This document shows, one piece after another, positions 14,478 through 27,789 of a stretch of DNA of 64,000 nt. The position numbers and the translations under genes are program-made. Numbering within the stretch: position 1 is the stretch's first letter; each line of letters opens with the position of its first letter. Below the pieces are notes generated by a model that ran no database searches, had not been told where the DNA came from, and saw nothing but the letters and a program-made list of their open reading frames with translations. Source of the DNA: Eledone cirrhosa (Eukaryota); assembly GCA_964016885.1 (NCBI GenBank), contig OZ024742.1:298468001-298532000 (forward strand). The letters run 5' to 3'.

Positions 14478-14655
14478 TATCGGTAGAGGGTCGGACGCCA
14501 TGCTTTACAGCAAAGAGTTACGGCCCTTTATGGTCTGAGTTCAAATCCCGCCGAGGTTAACTTCGCCTTTCATTCTTACGGGGTCGATAAAATAAAGTAC
14601 CAGTAATACACTGGGATAATTGCTGGCCTTGTGCCAAAAGTAGAAACAATTATTT
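14478..14655 (+). mobile_element. tRNA-derived SINE (second family)
   Basis: B-box gagttcaaatccc, core gcctttcattcttacggggtcgataaaataaagtaccag, tail gccttgtgccaaaagtagaaacaattatt. Confidence 0.8.
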
Positions 14656-17229
14656 ATTTCCAAATTTTTAGCTATTTGCATTCTGAATTCAAATCCCACC
14701 ACTGTCTTTAATCCTGTCCAGGACAAGTTAATATAAAGTACCAGGAAAGTACTAAGGGCACAATAACTGACTTTGTCCTTCCTCCCAATTGCTGGCCTTG
14801 TGCCTTAAGTAGAAAATTATTTCCATAACTTTCTAAAGTTACTGAGAGAAGTAAAGTTTCCTAGAGAATATAAAATTACTATTAAATATGAGTCCATCTA
14901 TTAACAAAGACAAGCACAAATAAATCTTTTCCTTTTTCTTTCCTCCATGTACAAACACTGTTAATAATGAGACAATATATTTGTTTGGAAACTAATTTTA
15001 AACAAACAAAAACTGTTTTATGAGTAAAATTGATAAGATAAAAGTAATATATCTTCGGGTAATTATAGACTCAGATAATTATAGGTAGCAAAATCCATAT
15101 AATAATCATAGGTTTTCTCTTAGTAAAACTTCTTCCAAGAAATTAAAACACATATTACACTGATACGAAGTAAATAAATAAATATTGGTAAATGTACATG
15201 ATTATAAGTTCTATATCAAGAATATTCACAACACTTAAAAAGCTTGTAAATGGAATAATTTTGTATATATTTATTTGTAGAACTTTGTATTTTCTTTTTA
15301 ATATTATGTCGACATTTTATAGAATATAAAGAGGTTGATTTTTTTTATTTAATAGAAACAACCTCCTCATAAAAAATCTATTGATCCAAAAGGTAAAAAG
15401 GTATGTCTTTATTTATAATTTTACTTTAAATTTTTATAGACGATTAAAATAGCACGATCAAAAGAATAAAATGATATTTAATGTGTTGGGGATTTGCCAG
15501 AATAAACAAACATACAAGGTATCGGATGATGGATTTTAAATCTGAAAGTGCTTATGACTGAAAACACTTACAACCTATGCTGCAACAAAACACAACGTCT
15601 ATTGTTATTTATTAGTTGATTTAATTTAATTTAACTTAATTTCATCAATTCGAGTCTACCTCTCTCTTTGCATTACTCTTATTCTGTGCATCATTCATTC
15701 TCTCTCTCTCACTCTGTCTCTCTCTCTTACTCTCTCTATTTATCTATCTCTCTTTGTCTCTCTCTCTCCCCTCTCTCACATCCTCACTTTTTGTGAGTGT
15801 GTGAGCTCATGTCTCTGTTGCTGTTTGTTGGTCTCATAAGAAATATAAGAAATATAGATAAAATAAATACTACACTTAAACATAAGTGCTAGGCTCCATA
15901 TGATTGACTAAAACCCTCCAAGGCAGAGTCCTGACATGACCTCAGTCCAATGACTTAAACCAGTAAAAGAATAAAAATATATATATTTCTCTAGATATAT
16001 AATTAGATACAGGAAGTCAAATGTTTAAACAAATAAAAGAACCCTGAACAGCTTCTCCAATTACATCAATCCATTCAATGTATACATTTATTCACTGGCT
16101 GTGGAATCTAAAATTAGTAACTGTTGTGAAAGAACCGATGGATTATAAGCCAGAAATTGCAGTTGTAATGAACAGGGTGTAGCTTCCAGCTGAAGGCTTG
16201 GCAAACAAACATCACAGACTTGTTTCTTAAGATATATTTCAAAATACTATTTTCTTTCCTTTTATGTTTATTATTTGTTTCGCTAAGCCAGAGTTGAAGT
16301 GGAATGCTTTTTATTATTCTATAGCTATTCAGGTTTTCCTACTGTTGGAGCAATTATTTCTACAAATGTATTATCTTCATATTGGTAACCACACAATAAT
16401 GACAAAGAAAGGGGGACATGTTCTCTAACTTAACCAAGATAATTGAAGTGAAATACCTCACCTGAAGTACAACACAATGTGTACCACCACTTTTAATAGA
16501 CGTAACCACAATGCTGATAAAAAAATTAGAAATTTTCTTGACAGATGCTGCCTTCCTTTGGTATTATTAATTTAAATTCACTGCCTTTCACTATAATGCA
16601 AACTATTAAACCACTTTCTTTTTTGCAGGTAAATATCCGTGAGCTTTGATGGAGATATACCATCATTTGATCATGTATACATCATCATTGCTTCTACATC
16701 TGCTTTTACCATGCTTGCATGAGTTGCGTGAGACTTTTAGAAGCTTTTTTTCTACAGCTGGATGCTCTTTCTCATACAAAATCATATTTATTTTACATTT
16801 GGTATATATATTGCTGATGTTCATCAAATCATTACACAGTGGAATATATTGTTTACAGAGTAGTAAGCATTACCTTTTGCATGCTAAACAGTAATGATAT
16901 AAAGACATATATAACTGACATGCACATATATACATATACATACAACATTACAGTTTCTATCTATCAAATTCCCTCAAGACAGTGTCTGACTTTAGGTTAT
17001 ATAAAAAAAAAACAACACTTTCTGAAGTTTTGATACAGTGTAATTGAACCCCAAACCACGTGGCTCTGAAGCACACACGCATACACACACACATATACAT
17101 ATATACATATATATATATATACATATATATAGTTTAGGGATTATAACATCCAATTACTGTGATTCACCACATTGAGCACTCGATGCTTAGTTTCCAGTAG
17201 GTATATTAGTGTTGTACTAAGCACAGTAT

Positions 17230-17620
17230 AATAATTGTTTCTACTTTTGGCACAAGGCCAGCAATTATCCAGTACATTACTGGTACTTTATTTTATCGAC
17301 CCCATAAGGATGAAAGGCAAAGTTAACCTCGGCGGGATTTGAACTCAGACTGTAAAGGGACGTAACTATGCTAGAAAGCATGGCGTCCAACCCTCTACAG
17401 ATACTGCCAATTCAACGCCCCGAGTATAATAATTGTTTCTACTTTTGGCACAAGGCCAGTAAATTACCCAGTTCATTACTGGTACTTTATTTTATCGACC
17501 TGGTAAGGATGAAAGGCAAAGTTAACCTCGACGGGATTTGAACTCAAATCATAAAGGGACATAACTATGCTGGAAAGCATGGCGTCTGACCCTCTACCGA
17601 TACTACCAATTCACCACCCT
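17230..17620 (-). mobile_element. Tandem pair of tRNA-derived SINEs (second family)
   Basis: Two head-to-tail ~195-bp copies (17230-17420, 17425-17620), with agtataataat at the boundaries. Confidence 0.85.
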
Positions 17621-17869
17621 GAGTATAATAATGATAATAAAAAGCATAAGGTGTTAGATAATCATTGCATTTATTGAATATAAATGTAATGAAGATCTAA
17701 CACCTTGTCCTTGAGATCTTTGGCGCCACACAGTAATACAGAAGACATGCCTTGCCTATGTACAAAGTGAAACCTACAGGCAGTAGCCATCTCTTAACCA
17801 AATATACACCCCAACCCACTACTCCTACTCCTACTCCATCCTCCCACTCCCACAAATACCACCCTTTCT

Positions 17870-18172
17870 CTGTAAAGTTGGTACCACAACATCCAGTCCA
17901 AACTAATGAGATAATGAGATGGCGATTGAGATTGTGTAGGTGTCACAACAAAAAAAACACACAGTCCACGTGTCGGTAACATGGTAAAAAGTTCCCAGTC
18001 CACACTGTAAATGTAATTGGTGTTAGGAAGGGCATCCAGCCATAGAAAACCTGCCAGATAGTCCTATACGAGCGAGACATGGTCACTCGACCAATCTTGC
18101 CTCATGTGGAACAACTCCCATCTAACCCATGCTAGCATGGAAGATGGACGTTAAACGATGATGTGATGATGA
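17870..18172 (+). mobile_element. RTE family 1 3'UTR fragment with (gat)n tail
   Basis: Aligns by eye with 26540-26832. Confidence 0.75.
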
Positions 18173-18184
18173 TATATATATATA

Positions 18185-18394
18185 TGATAAGTGGTTTAGT
18201 AGATCCATGGTTTACTGAGGAAGGTACCAAAATCAGCACTATGCCATGGCAGAGTCTTTTTGCTTAAGTCGGATGAGCAGATCAGGCTGGAGTCAGGCCC
18301 ATACCATTTACACAGGTCCTGAGCCACCCATCAATTGTAACTGTGTATAATCAATAAAGAACTCAATGTGAAATCTCATTTTGTTTTTAATACA
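18185..18394 (+). mobile_element. Possible solo LTR
   Basis: ~210 bp between TA tracts, TG...CA termini, AATAAA near the 3' end; no second copy in the window. Confidence 0.25.
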
Positions 18395-18423
18395 CACATA
18401 TATATATATGTATATATATATAT

Positions 18424-19980
18424 GGTGGTGTCATACCCAAAGACTGGTGCAGCAGTATTCTCATAAATTGCTACAAATGTAAAGGGGATGCTTTGGAGAG
18501 GAGCAATTATAGGGGTATAAAACTGATAGATCAGGTTATGAAAGTGGCAGAAAGGATTTTAGCACAACTAATTAGAGAAAGGGTCAAACTAGATGAGATG
18601 CAGTTTGGTTTTGTGCCTGGGAAGAGTACAACAGATGCCCTCTTCTTGGTGAGACAAATGCAAGAGAGGTTCTTAGAGAAGAATAAGCCACTATACTTAG
18701 CCTTTGTTGACCTAGAGAAGGCCTTTGATAGGGTACCCCGATCTGTCATCTGGTGGTCCCTAAGGAAGCTAGGTGTTGAGGAATGGCTTGTGAGGACAGT
18801 GCAAACTTTGTACAGAGGTACTGTCAGTAAAGTCAGGGTAGGAATGGAGTTTAGTGAGGAATTCCAGATAAAAGTAGGAGTACATCAGGGTTCGGTCCTC
18901 AGCCCGCTCTTGTTCATTATAGTCCTCCAAGCCATAACAGAGGAGTTTAAGACTGGCTGTCCATGGGAACTTCTCTATGCTGACGATCTGGTTCTTATAG
19001 CAGAATCAGTAGAGGAGCTAGAGAATAAATTCTGGCTATGGAAACAGCAGTTGGAAGCAAGAGGACTGAGAGTGAATCTAGCTAAGACAAAAGTGTTGAT
19101 GAGTAGAAAAGAGGACAAAACCCTGATTCCATCAGGGAAATGGCCATGTTCGATATGCAGAAAAGGAACTGGGATAAATTCTATAAAATGCACACAATGC
19201 AGATCCTGGGTACACAAGAGATGTAGCGGGATAGCAGGCAAACTAACAGGTAGGGAGAAATATGTATGCAGTAGATGTACAGGGAAATTAGACAGTAGAA
19301 GTCGCACTGATAGACACATTTTTCAAATGCAAGAGGGCGCTATAGAAGTGGTGGATAGCTTCCAGTACCTAGGAGATCAGATTAGCATGGGAGGAGGGTG
19401 TTCCGAGGCCATAGTATCTAGAATAAGGACGGGTTGGAAGAAGTTTAGGGAGCTGCTTCCTCTGTTGACAAAGAAGGGTTTCTCCCTGCATACGAAAGGC
19501 CGGTTGTATGATGCCTGTGTGAGGAGCGCGATGCTGCATGGTAGTGAGACATGGGCAGCAACTGCAGAGGATATGCGACGGCTGGAGAGAAATGAGGCAA
19601 GCATGCTCCGTTGGATGTGCAGTGTAAATGTGCGTGAACGACCCAGCATAAATGTGTTGAGAGAGAAACTGTGTCTGAGAGGGATAGAATGTAGTGTACG
19701 GGAGAGGAGACTGAGGTGGTATGGACATGTGATGCGCATGGAGGATGACCGATGGGTGAAGAAGTGCCAGGAAATGCCAGTTGAAGGAAGACGTGGTAGA
19801 GGTAGACCATGAAAAACATGGGCGGAGGTGGTGAGAACAGACCTCAGATCATTGAAGCTCACGGTGGAGATGACGAGGGACCGTGACGAGTGGAGAGATG
19901 CTGTGCTGAATAAGACCCGTCCCACCCTTGCAAGCAGGGAAAAGCGGACGTAAAATGATGATGATGATGATGATGATGAT
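18424..19980 (+). pseudogene. RTE-clade LINE (family 2), 5'-truncated, RT with PHD insertion
   Basis: 439-aa ORF with YADD and PHD; one TGA at 19810, frame continues to TAA 19951-19953, then (gat)n tail. Confidence 0.93.
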
Positions 19981-22900
19981 ATATATATATATATATATAT
20001 ATCAATATATATAATGACAAAGGAACCTGGCAAGTTGAGAAGTGCCATTCTGAGAAGGACCCATCCAACCATGGAAAAACGGATGTAAAAATGATGATGA
20101 TGATGATGATGATGATGATTATATATATATACACACACAAATAACCAGCACTAGTTAAGAAATGCTAGTGTAGTTTCATAGAGCCTTTTTCTCCAGGTTT
20201 CTTGAATCTAATAATAATTATAAATACATGATTTTTAAAATGTCGAGGTGAATACCTGAGTCTCTTTTTCACTTCAGAGTCATTTAAAATCTGTGATATG
20301 GGTTTGATCTTTAGTTGGAGTGTTTTCATTCACTGCTCTATATCAAATTATTGAAAGTAACATTCTCTCCCATTCTCTGCTCCATTAAATCAAGGCAGGC
20401 TAATCAGTCATTGATAGATACATTTGACTACAAACATGAAGCCATTAACAAGGTTTGTTGCAATTGCTGGAGATTAATAAATATTGATTTATATCATGTT
20501 ACGACAAAAGCCATTTTTTTTCTAGTCCTATTGAGTGTAATATATGTGATGAACAAAAAGAGGGGCGATTCTAGCTAATTATTGTTTATTGTATAAAAAC
20601 TGAGAAGGACGGAGGGTTTGTAATTCTGGACTAGTAAAGTAATTTGTTTTAACTGTAGATATCTGATTTCAAACAAGAGTTTTTTTGCAGTCATTACTCA
20701 TCTAAGTACAAGTATGGCTGAATATCATTTAATTGATTTCCTAGGAAGCAGTGATGCAGCAATTAGCTAGCTAAATTATAAACATTGGATTTCTTACTAT
20801 ATAAAGCAGTAACATAGGAAAAGCTGATGAAATCAATACAGGACAGATCTATTATTTTTAAAGGACAATTTCAACTTCTTTATTATATTTCTAATAAAAA
20901 ACAACTAGATTTCAATTTTAAAAATAATGAAGACTTTGTGGAAATTTAGTTTTTGATTATAAAGCTGATATATGGAACATTAAATACCAAATTTCTTTAC
21001 ATAATATTTTGATAGAAGGTTTTAATTTAGATATAAGCATATTAAAACTATTAGTTTTGTATCATAAAACCAGAGTCCATTAGTTCAGTCATGATGATTA
21101 AAGCTAGGAAGGTTAGATATTTACTAATTTACTCTGAATTTTTGTTGTCAATATAATTTGAAAACTGGCAGTGTCTTTTATTAGATATATGATGGTAAGA
21201 AAAAGGTTAAAAGATAGATTTTCTCCTATCCACTATAAAAAAAATTGTTTCAAGGAACAAGTTCAAAATACTAGAGAAAACACTGGAGAAATTCTCTGTT
21301 CATATGATAGGAATACTATCAGACCTGATTTCAGTGAAAATTGCACTTATAGACAACTAGCGGAAAACTGGGCAAAAAGAACAATATTAGCACACATTTT
21401 ACAATACATTATGGTTTTGATCAGAGTTGCTGGCATGCAAATATGTAATTAAGGTGTTTACATGAAAAGTTTCCCAATGCTAGTAATGGAAAGGATTTAA
21501 AGTTTGTAGCATATCTAGGCATTTTGTTTATCCTATCATGAGTGCAGAATTAAAGAGCAATGGTTGACCACCAAGAAAAATGTATCTCAAATGAGTTCAT
21601 CTTCTAGCAGTTGCTACAATGCAGCACATTTTAACTTGTGCAAACACAGCTGATACTATGTAATGATTATTCTGAATTACACATTTGATGTTAATCATAT
21701 TGAACATGTGACAGTGATTTGTACATTTAGGTAATATAATCAAATCATCAGATAATGAGTTTTCTGAGCCTGCAGTTATTATAAGAGACATCTCATGGAT
21801 AATTTAAGCAAATGTGATTATCAAATGAGATCTGCCTGGTCAAGCTAATGATAAAGTGAGTAGCATAAAAGGCAAACAAAATAGCATACAAAAGAGTATT
21901 CTGAACATAACATAAAATTGTAAACTCAGAGCAATAGCTCCAAGACTTCCCTATTCTATGCTGTCACTAGTATTTCTCTTGATATTACAACAAAAACTCA
22001 TCAATAATATGTTCTAAGGATCTTTCTCACATTACTAGTCTCAGTAGCACATCATAAAGATAGTTTCTGAAAGGTTAAACTTATAAAATTATAACTTCAT
22101 TTTTATTACTGGTTTCAGTCATTAAACTTGGCTGGAATATTCCTGAGGCAGTGACACATAACCTATATCAGGAAGGATTTGTTATGCCTCACTGGTGGAT
22201 AATGGCATGAGACCAATGTTTGTTAGTTGACTTAACATGACAAAGCAACCTGGCGCCACCAGATAGCACAGCCATTTTCAACTGACCAAAGATGATGTAT
22301 CAGCAGGTAATTACAAACAACAAACACACACACTTACACATCAACAGCTGTCTCTCTACTGCTTCAATTGGAAGAGATTTGGTAGTAGTGGCAGATGAAT
22401 GAAACACATAGAGAAGCAATTTGCAAAATAGTCTAGAGTCTAGTTAATTTGGCAACCATATCAATTGAACATGTCTAGATATCAGTAGTGGTTTATATTG
22501 AAATAATGATAAAACTTGCAAATTACAAAGCCTGAAAAATGAAATGATATTTCGACATGCCAGAAACTGAAGTTTTTATTAAATGAATTATAACTCAATT
22601 CACACAAATACTATCTCCAACAAAGAAGTTACATTTTTAGCCTTGTTTTGTTTGCCTCTCTGACTTTTATTTGTTAACATGACATGTTGGCTGTGCCAGG
22701 TATCCATAATAGGCATATAGACGTCTGAAGTAAAAGTTTCTTAATAATTTGTTGCCCTTGGTGGAGTTATGCATTCCACTCTGTGCTCTTTATTTCAAAA
22801 TAGTTTGAGTGCCAAAATATTTTCTTTAGTATTTGAAAAAGAAAAAAAAAATGTTTTATTCTCATCATTCAAATTAAACTAGCTGACACCATATAAATTT

Positions 22901-22987
22901 CACAAGTTAATTAGAAACACGCTCTAAGTATTAAAAAAATATAAACATAGCATTTTAAGTGTTTTATTCCTAGGTTATATATATATA

Positions 22988-23609
22988 CGAGGTGTGTCAG
23001 AAAAATTTCAGGACTGATGTCACAAAAGATTTATTTCAAACCCAAACTTTATACTAACAGTTTTCTCCTTCAAAGTAATCCCCCTGGAGTATGTAACTAT
23101 AATCTTAGCTCTCTGCAGCAATCAAACTTTTTTCTTTATAATTTTATATACATGTCCTCTGTTTCAAGTCGTCAAGCAATGAGCACAGAGCAATAAACAA
23201 ACTTGAAGTTTCTGGTGCGGTTGGGGAAAACTCTGTCAGAAGCACTGCGATTGCTGCAGCAAGTGTATGGAGATGAGACAATGTCACGCTCACATATTTT
23301 TGAGTGGTGCAAGATGACCCCAGGAGCGGAAGGCCCTCAACAAACAGGACCGAGTCATGGATCTTCGAGTATGACCCGGAGGAAACCAGTTTTGAAGACA
23401 TGGATGACATCAAAAAGGCCGTGACGACGGAACTGCAGAGGATCCCAGAAGAATCCTTCCAGGAGTGCATGCAAGCGTGGCAGAAAAGGATGGAAAAGTG
23501 CATTAGACTCCAGAGTGATTACTTTGAAGGAGAAAACTCTTAGTGTGAAGTTTGGGTTTGAAATAAATCTTTTGTGACATCAGTCCTGGAACTTTTCTGA
23601 CACACCACG
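22988..23609 (+). mobile_element. Internally deleted mariner DNA transposon
   Basis: 62-bp TIRs 22988-23049 / 23548-23609, TA flanks; remnants KFLVRLGKT..EA..LQQVYGDETMSRS, DDPRSGRPST, ESWIFEYDPE, WQKRMEKCIRLQSDYFEG. Confidence 0.9.
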
Positions 23610-23789
23610 TATATATATATATATATATATATGACTTTGATAACTTTGATAGGTTTTGGCCAGTATTGGCCCAGGCCATGCCTAACTTAATAGCACCATC
23701 TGGCGAAGTCTTTCAAATCAGGATTTGGACGCCATGGCCCACTCAAGTATAGAGTTATATATGTATATATCTATATATGTGTGTGTGTG

Positions 23790-23820
<31 letters not shown>

Positions 23821-23859
23821 GTGTGTGTGTGTATATATATATACATATATATATATATG

Positions 23860-23905
<46 letters not shown>

Positions 23906-23972
23906 TACATATATATATACATATATACATATATATATATACATATATACATATATATGTATACATATATAC

Positions 23973-24690
23973 ATATTTATTAAAATAACAGATTAAAGTT
24001 TAAGCAAAGAATCGCTGCTTTCACCCTTAACGGGATCTTCTGAAACTAACAAAGTCAATCTGTAAACGCAGAACTGGATATTTCAAAAAACGTTGCAACC
24101 GGAGGAAGACAGGAAGACGATACTTTGGTTCGTGGAAACGTTCGCTGGCAAAGAACGGGAAAAAACGAATAATACGTCATTAATAGGAGCGGTGAAAAAC
24201 AATTACGCGCAAATACAGAACCACGTTTATGGTATAAAAGAGGTCGTAGACTAATGTTCTCTTAGGTGGTGCATAGAGACGTTCTCTGGCAATGAACGAA
24301 AAAACGAAGATAATAAGTCATATGTGGAGCGTGGAGAACAATAGCACGCAAAGGTGGTTCTGTATTTGCGCGTAATTGTTTTTCACCGCTCCTATTAATG
24401 ACGTATTATTCGTTTTTTCCCGTTCTTTGCCAGCGAACGTTTCCACGAACCAAAGTATCGTCTTCCTGTCTTCCTCCGGTTGCAACGTTTTTTGAAATAT
24501 CCAGTTCTGTGTTTACAGATTGACTTTGTTAGTTTCAGAAGATCCCGTTAAGGGTGAAAGCAGCGATTCTTTGCTTAAACTTTAATCTGTTATTTTAATA
24601 AATATTTGCTCTACGGTTCTTATATATTTGATATATATTTTCCTTATCGAGCCCTCTTTGGATTTTAGTCTTCAATTTTATTATTATTAC
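23973..24690 (+). mobile_element. Non-coding PLE fold-back module
   Basis: ~250-bp inverted arms 23973-24224 / 24354-24605, an HHR motif in each, extra tail on the right. Confidence 0.75.
24531..24581 (+). ncRNA. Type I hammerhead motif, CAGAAGA core (reverse copy 23997-24047)
   Basis: agttt-CAGAAGA-tcccgttaagggt-GAAAGCA-gcgattctt-TGCTT-aaact: stems I, II and III all pair. Confidence 0.65.
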
Positions 24691-24707
24691 ATATATACAT
24701 ATAAATA

Positions 24708-25625
24708 TCATCATCATCATCATCGTTTTACGTCCGTTCTTCCACGCTAGCATGGGTTAGATGGGTTGTCCTGTTGTGGGCAGTGTCCAGTCAGCTAACC
24801 TTGTCTTGCTCATACAGGAACTGACTCTGGCTTGATTTCTACAGCTGGATGGCCTTCCTAACACCAACCTCATTTGCAGTGAGTGCTGAGTGCTTTTTTT
24901 CCGTAGCACCTACACGTCCATTTTACAGTGTGGGTTGGGTGCTTTTTTGCCGTGGCACCTCCACAACCACTTTGCAGTGGGAGGGTGTGGGGGAATATTG
25001 TCTATATGCCTCAGCTTCGGATTGCTACTGTGGGGGTCAGGTCTTCTGTATTACTGCATGATGCCAGAGGTCACGTTCATGTGACATTGCTCTTGAGAGG
25101 TGCAATTGGGTAAGGTCGGCCTTTATCACCTCATCCTAGGTCTTCTTGGGTTTCCTCACTCTGCAGCTTCCATCGACTTCTAGTGCTCTGCATCTTTTTA
25201 TGCAGCTCTCATCCTTCATACGCATCACATGTCCATACCAACATAACCTCCTTTCCTGCACACAGCATTTGATTCCTCTGATGCTCAGTCTCTCTCTCAA
25301 TTTGTTTATACTTTGCCGTTCGCGTATATTACTATTACACATCCATTGGAGCATGCAGGCTTCGTTTCTTTCTAATCTGCGCAAGCCTTCTACAGACAGC
25401 ACCCAGGTTTCACTTCCATGTAATATTGCTGTTCGTATACATACATCATACAGTCTGCCTTTGATTTTGAGGGAAAAGCCTTTTGCAGCTAGCAGTGGCA
25501 GTAGCTCCCTGAACTTCTTCCATCCCATTCTTACCCTAGTTATTGTACTTTCCGAACACTCACCTCCGCAGCTAAGTCAATCACCTAGTTAGCAGAAACT
25601 GTCTACTGTTTCTACAGAGCCATCC
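24708..25625 (-). pseudogene. RTE-clade LINE 3' fragment with 3'UTR and tail
   Basis: GWKKFRELLPLL...LHGSETW...WYGHVMRM; (gat)n-type tail near 24708. Confidence 0.9.
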
Positions 25626-25660
25626 CAGAGTTTGGTATATATATATATATATATATATAT

Positions 25661-26832
25661 GGGAAATGACCATGCTCAGTGTGTAGGAAAGGCGTAGGTA
25701 GAAATTCTATTTTATGTCCCAAATGCAAAGTATGGGTGCATAAAAGATGTAGTGGGATCACAGGTAAGCTAACTAAGAACATAGATTTTACATGTGGCCG
25801 GTGCTCTGGTGCAATAAGTAGCAGCAAGTGCCCAAGAAATACTAGCTCTTTCAATTGCGCAGAGGGTTCTATAGAGATAGTGGACAGCTTCCGTTACCTA
25901 GGTGACAAAATCAGCAGTGGGGAGAGTGATCTGAAAGTACAGTAGCTAGAGTCAGAACTGGATGGAAAAAGTTCAGAGAGCTTATACCACTATTAGCCGC
26001 TAAAGGGTTCTCCCTAAAAATGAAAGGCAGGCTGTATGATGCCTGCATACGAACAGCAATGTTGCATGGTAGTGAGACCTGGGCATTGTGTGCAGAGGAT
26101 ATACGCAGACTAGAGAGGAACGAAGCTTGCATGCTCCGCTGGATGTGTAATAGTAATATACGTGAACGGCAAAGCATTAACGAACTAACGGAAAAATTAG
26201 AAATAAAAGGGATCAGATGTTGTTTACTCGAGAGAAGGCTACGTTGGTATGGTCACGTGATGCGCATGAAAGACGACAGCTGTATAAAAAAGTGCAGGGC
26301 AATAAAAATAGACGGTAGCCACGGAGTAGGCAGACCCAGAAAAACCTGGGACGACTTGATAAATTCCGACCTCACACACTTACACCTCTCCAAGACAATG
26401 TCACTGGACTGAGATATTTGGCGGTACTCAGTAATAGAGAAGACCCGCCTTACCTAAATATAAAGTAAAACCTACTAGTCAGTAGGCACCTCTAACAAAA
26501 TACCCCCCCCCCCCTCCATCCACACCGCCCCTTTCAATGTAAAGTTATGTTGGTGCCACAACATCCAGGCTGAAACAAATGAGGTCGTGTAGGTGTCACG
26601 ACAAAAAAAAAAACACAGTACACACTGTAATGTGGCCGTGTAGGTAACACGGTGAAAACCTCCCAGTCCCACACTGTAAATGTGGTTGGTGTTAGGAAGG
26701 GCATCCAGCTGTAGAAAACCCGCCAGATAGTCCTATGCGAGCAAGACAACCACTCTTGCCTCAAGTGGGAAAACTCCCGTCCAAACCCATGCAAGCGTGG
26801 AATATGGACGTTAAACGATGATGATGATGATG
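25661..26832 (+). pseudogene. RTE family 1 3' half (PHD, C-terminus, 3'UTR, tail)
   Basis: Near-identical to 10030-10611 and continues to the tail ggacgttaaacgatgatgat; frameshift near 25930. Confidence 0.92.
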
Positions 26833-26863
<31 letters not shown>

Positions 26864-26867
26864 CATA

Positions 26868-27118
26868 TGTAGGTGTCACAACATAAAACAGACACAGTCC
26901 ACGCTGTAATGTGGCCGTGTAGATAACACGGTAAAAAGTTCCCAGTTCCACACTGTAAATGTGGTTGGTGTTAGGAAGGGCATCCAGCCGTATAAAACCT
27001 GCCAGATAGTCCTATATGAGCGAGACATGGTCACCCGACCAACCTTGCATTAAGTGGGACAACTTCCGTCTAACCCATGCTAGCATCGAAAATGGACGTT
27101 AAACGAAGATGATGATGA
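26868..27118 (+). mobile_element. RTE 3'UTR fragment
   Basis: Direct repeat of 26585-26832. Confidence 0.8.
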
Positions 27119-27330
27119 TATATATACACATATATATATACATATACATATATATATATATACATATATATACATATACATATATATATACATATACATA
27201 TATATATATACATATATATACATATACATATATATATATATATACATATATATACATATACATATATATATATATATACATATATATACATATACATATA
27301 TATATATACATATATATATATATACATATA

Positions 27331-27652
27331 TCATCATCATTCATCATTTCATCTTACGTTCGCTTTTCCCTGCTTGCAAGGGTGAGACGGGAACTGATTC
27401 TGGCTTGATTTCTACAGCTGGATGCCCTTCCTAACACCAACCTCATTTACAGTGAGTGCTGGGTGCTTTTTTGCCGTGGCACCTCCACGGCCACTTTGCA
27501 GTGGAATGATATGGACCCCAGTCCCTATCATCTCATTTCTACAGCTGAGTAAACTGGAGCAATGTGAAATAAAGTGTCTTGCTCAAAGAAACAACACACC
27601 ACCCGGTCTGAGAATTAAACTCACAACCTTTCGATTGCAAGCCCAATGCTCT
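27331..27652 (-). mobile_element. tRNA-derived SINE with RTE family 2 tail
   Basis: Reverse complement of 32391-32744. Confidence 0.88.
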
Positions 27653-27724
27653 AATATATTATATATATATACATATATATACATATACATATATATATAC
27701 ATATATATATATATATACGTATAC

Positions 27725-27768
<44 letters not shown>

Positions 27769-27789
27769 ATATATATATATATATACATA

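Noticed and set aside
20300-21830. Ancient transposase or host coding remnant
   Set aside because: Only short ORFs with no motif I can identify
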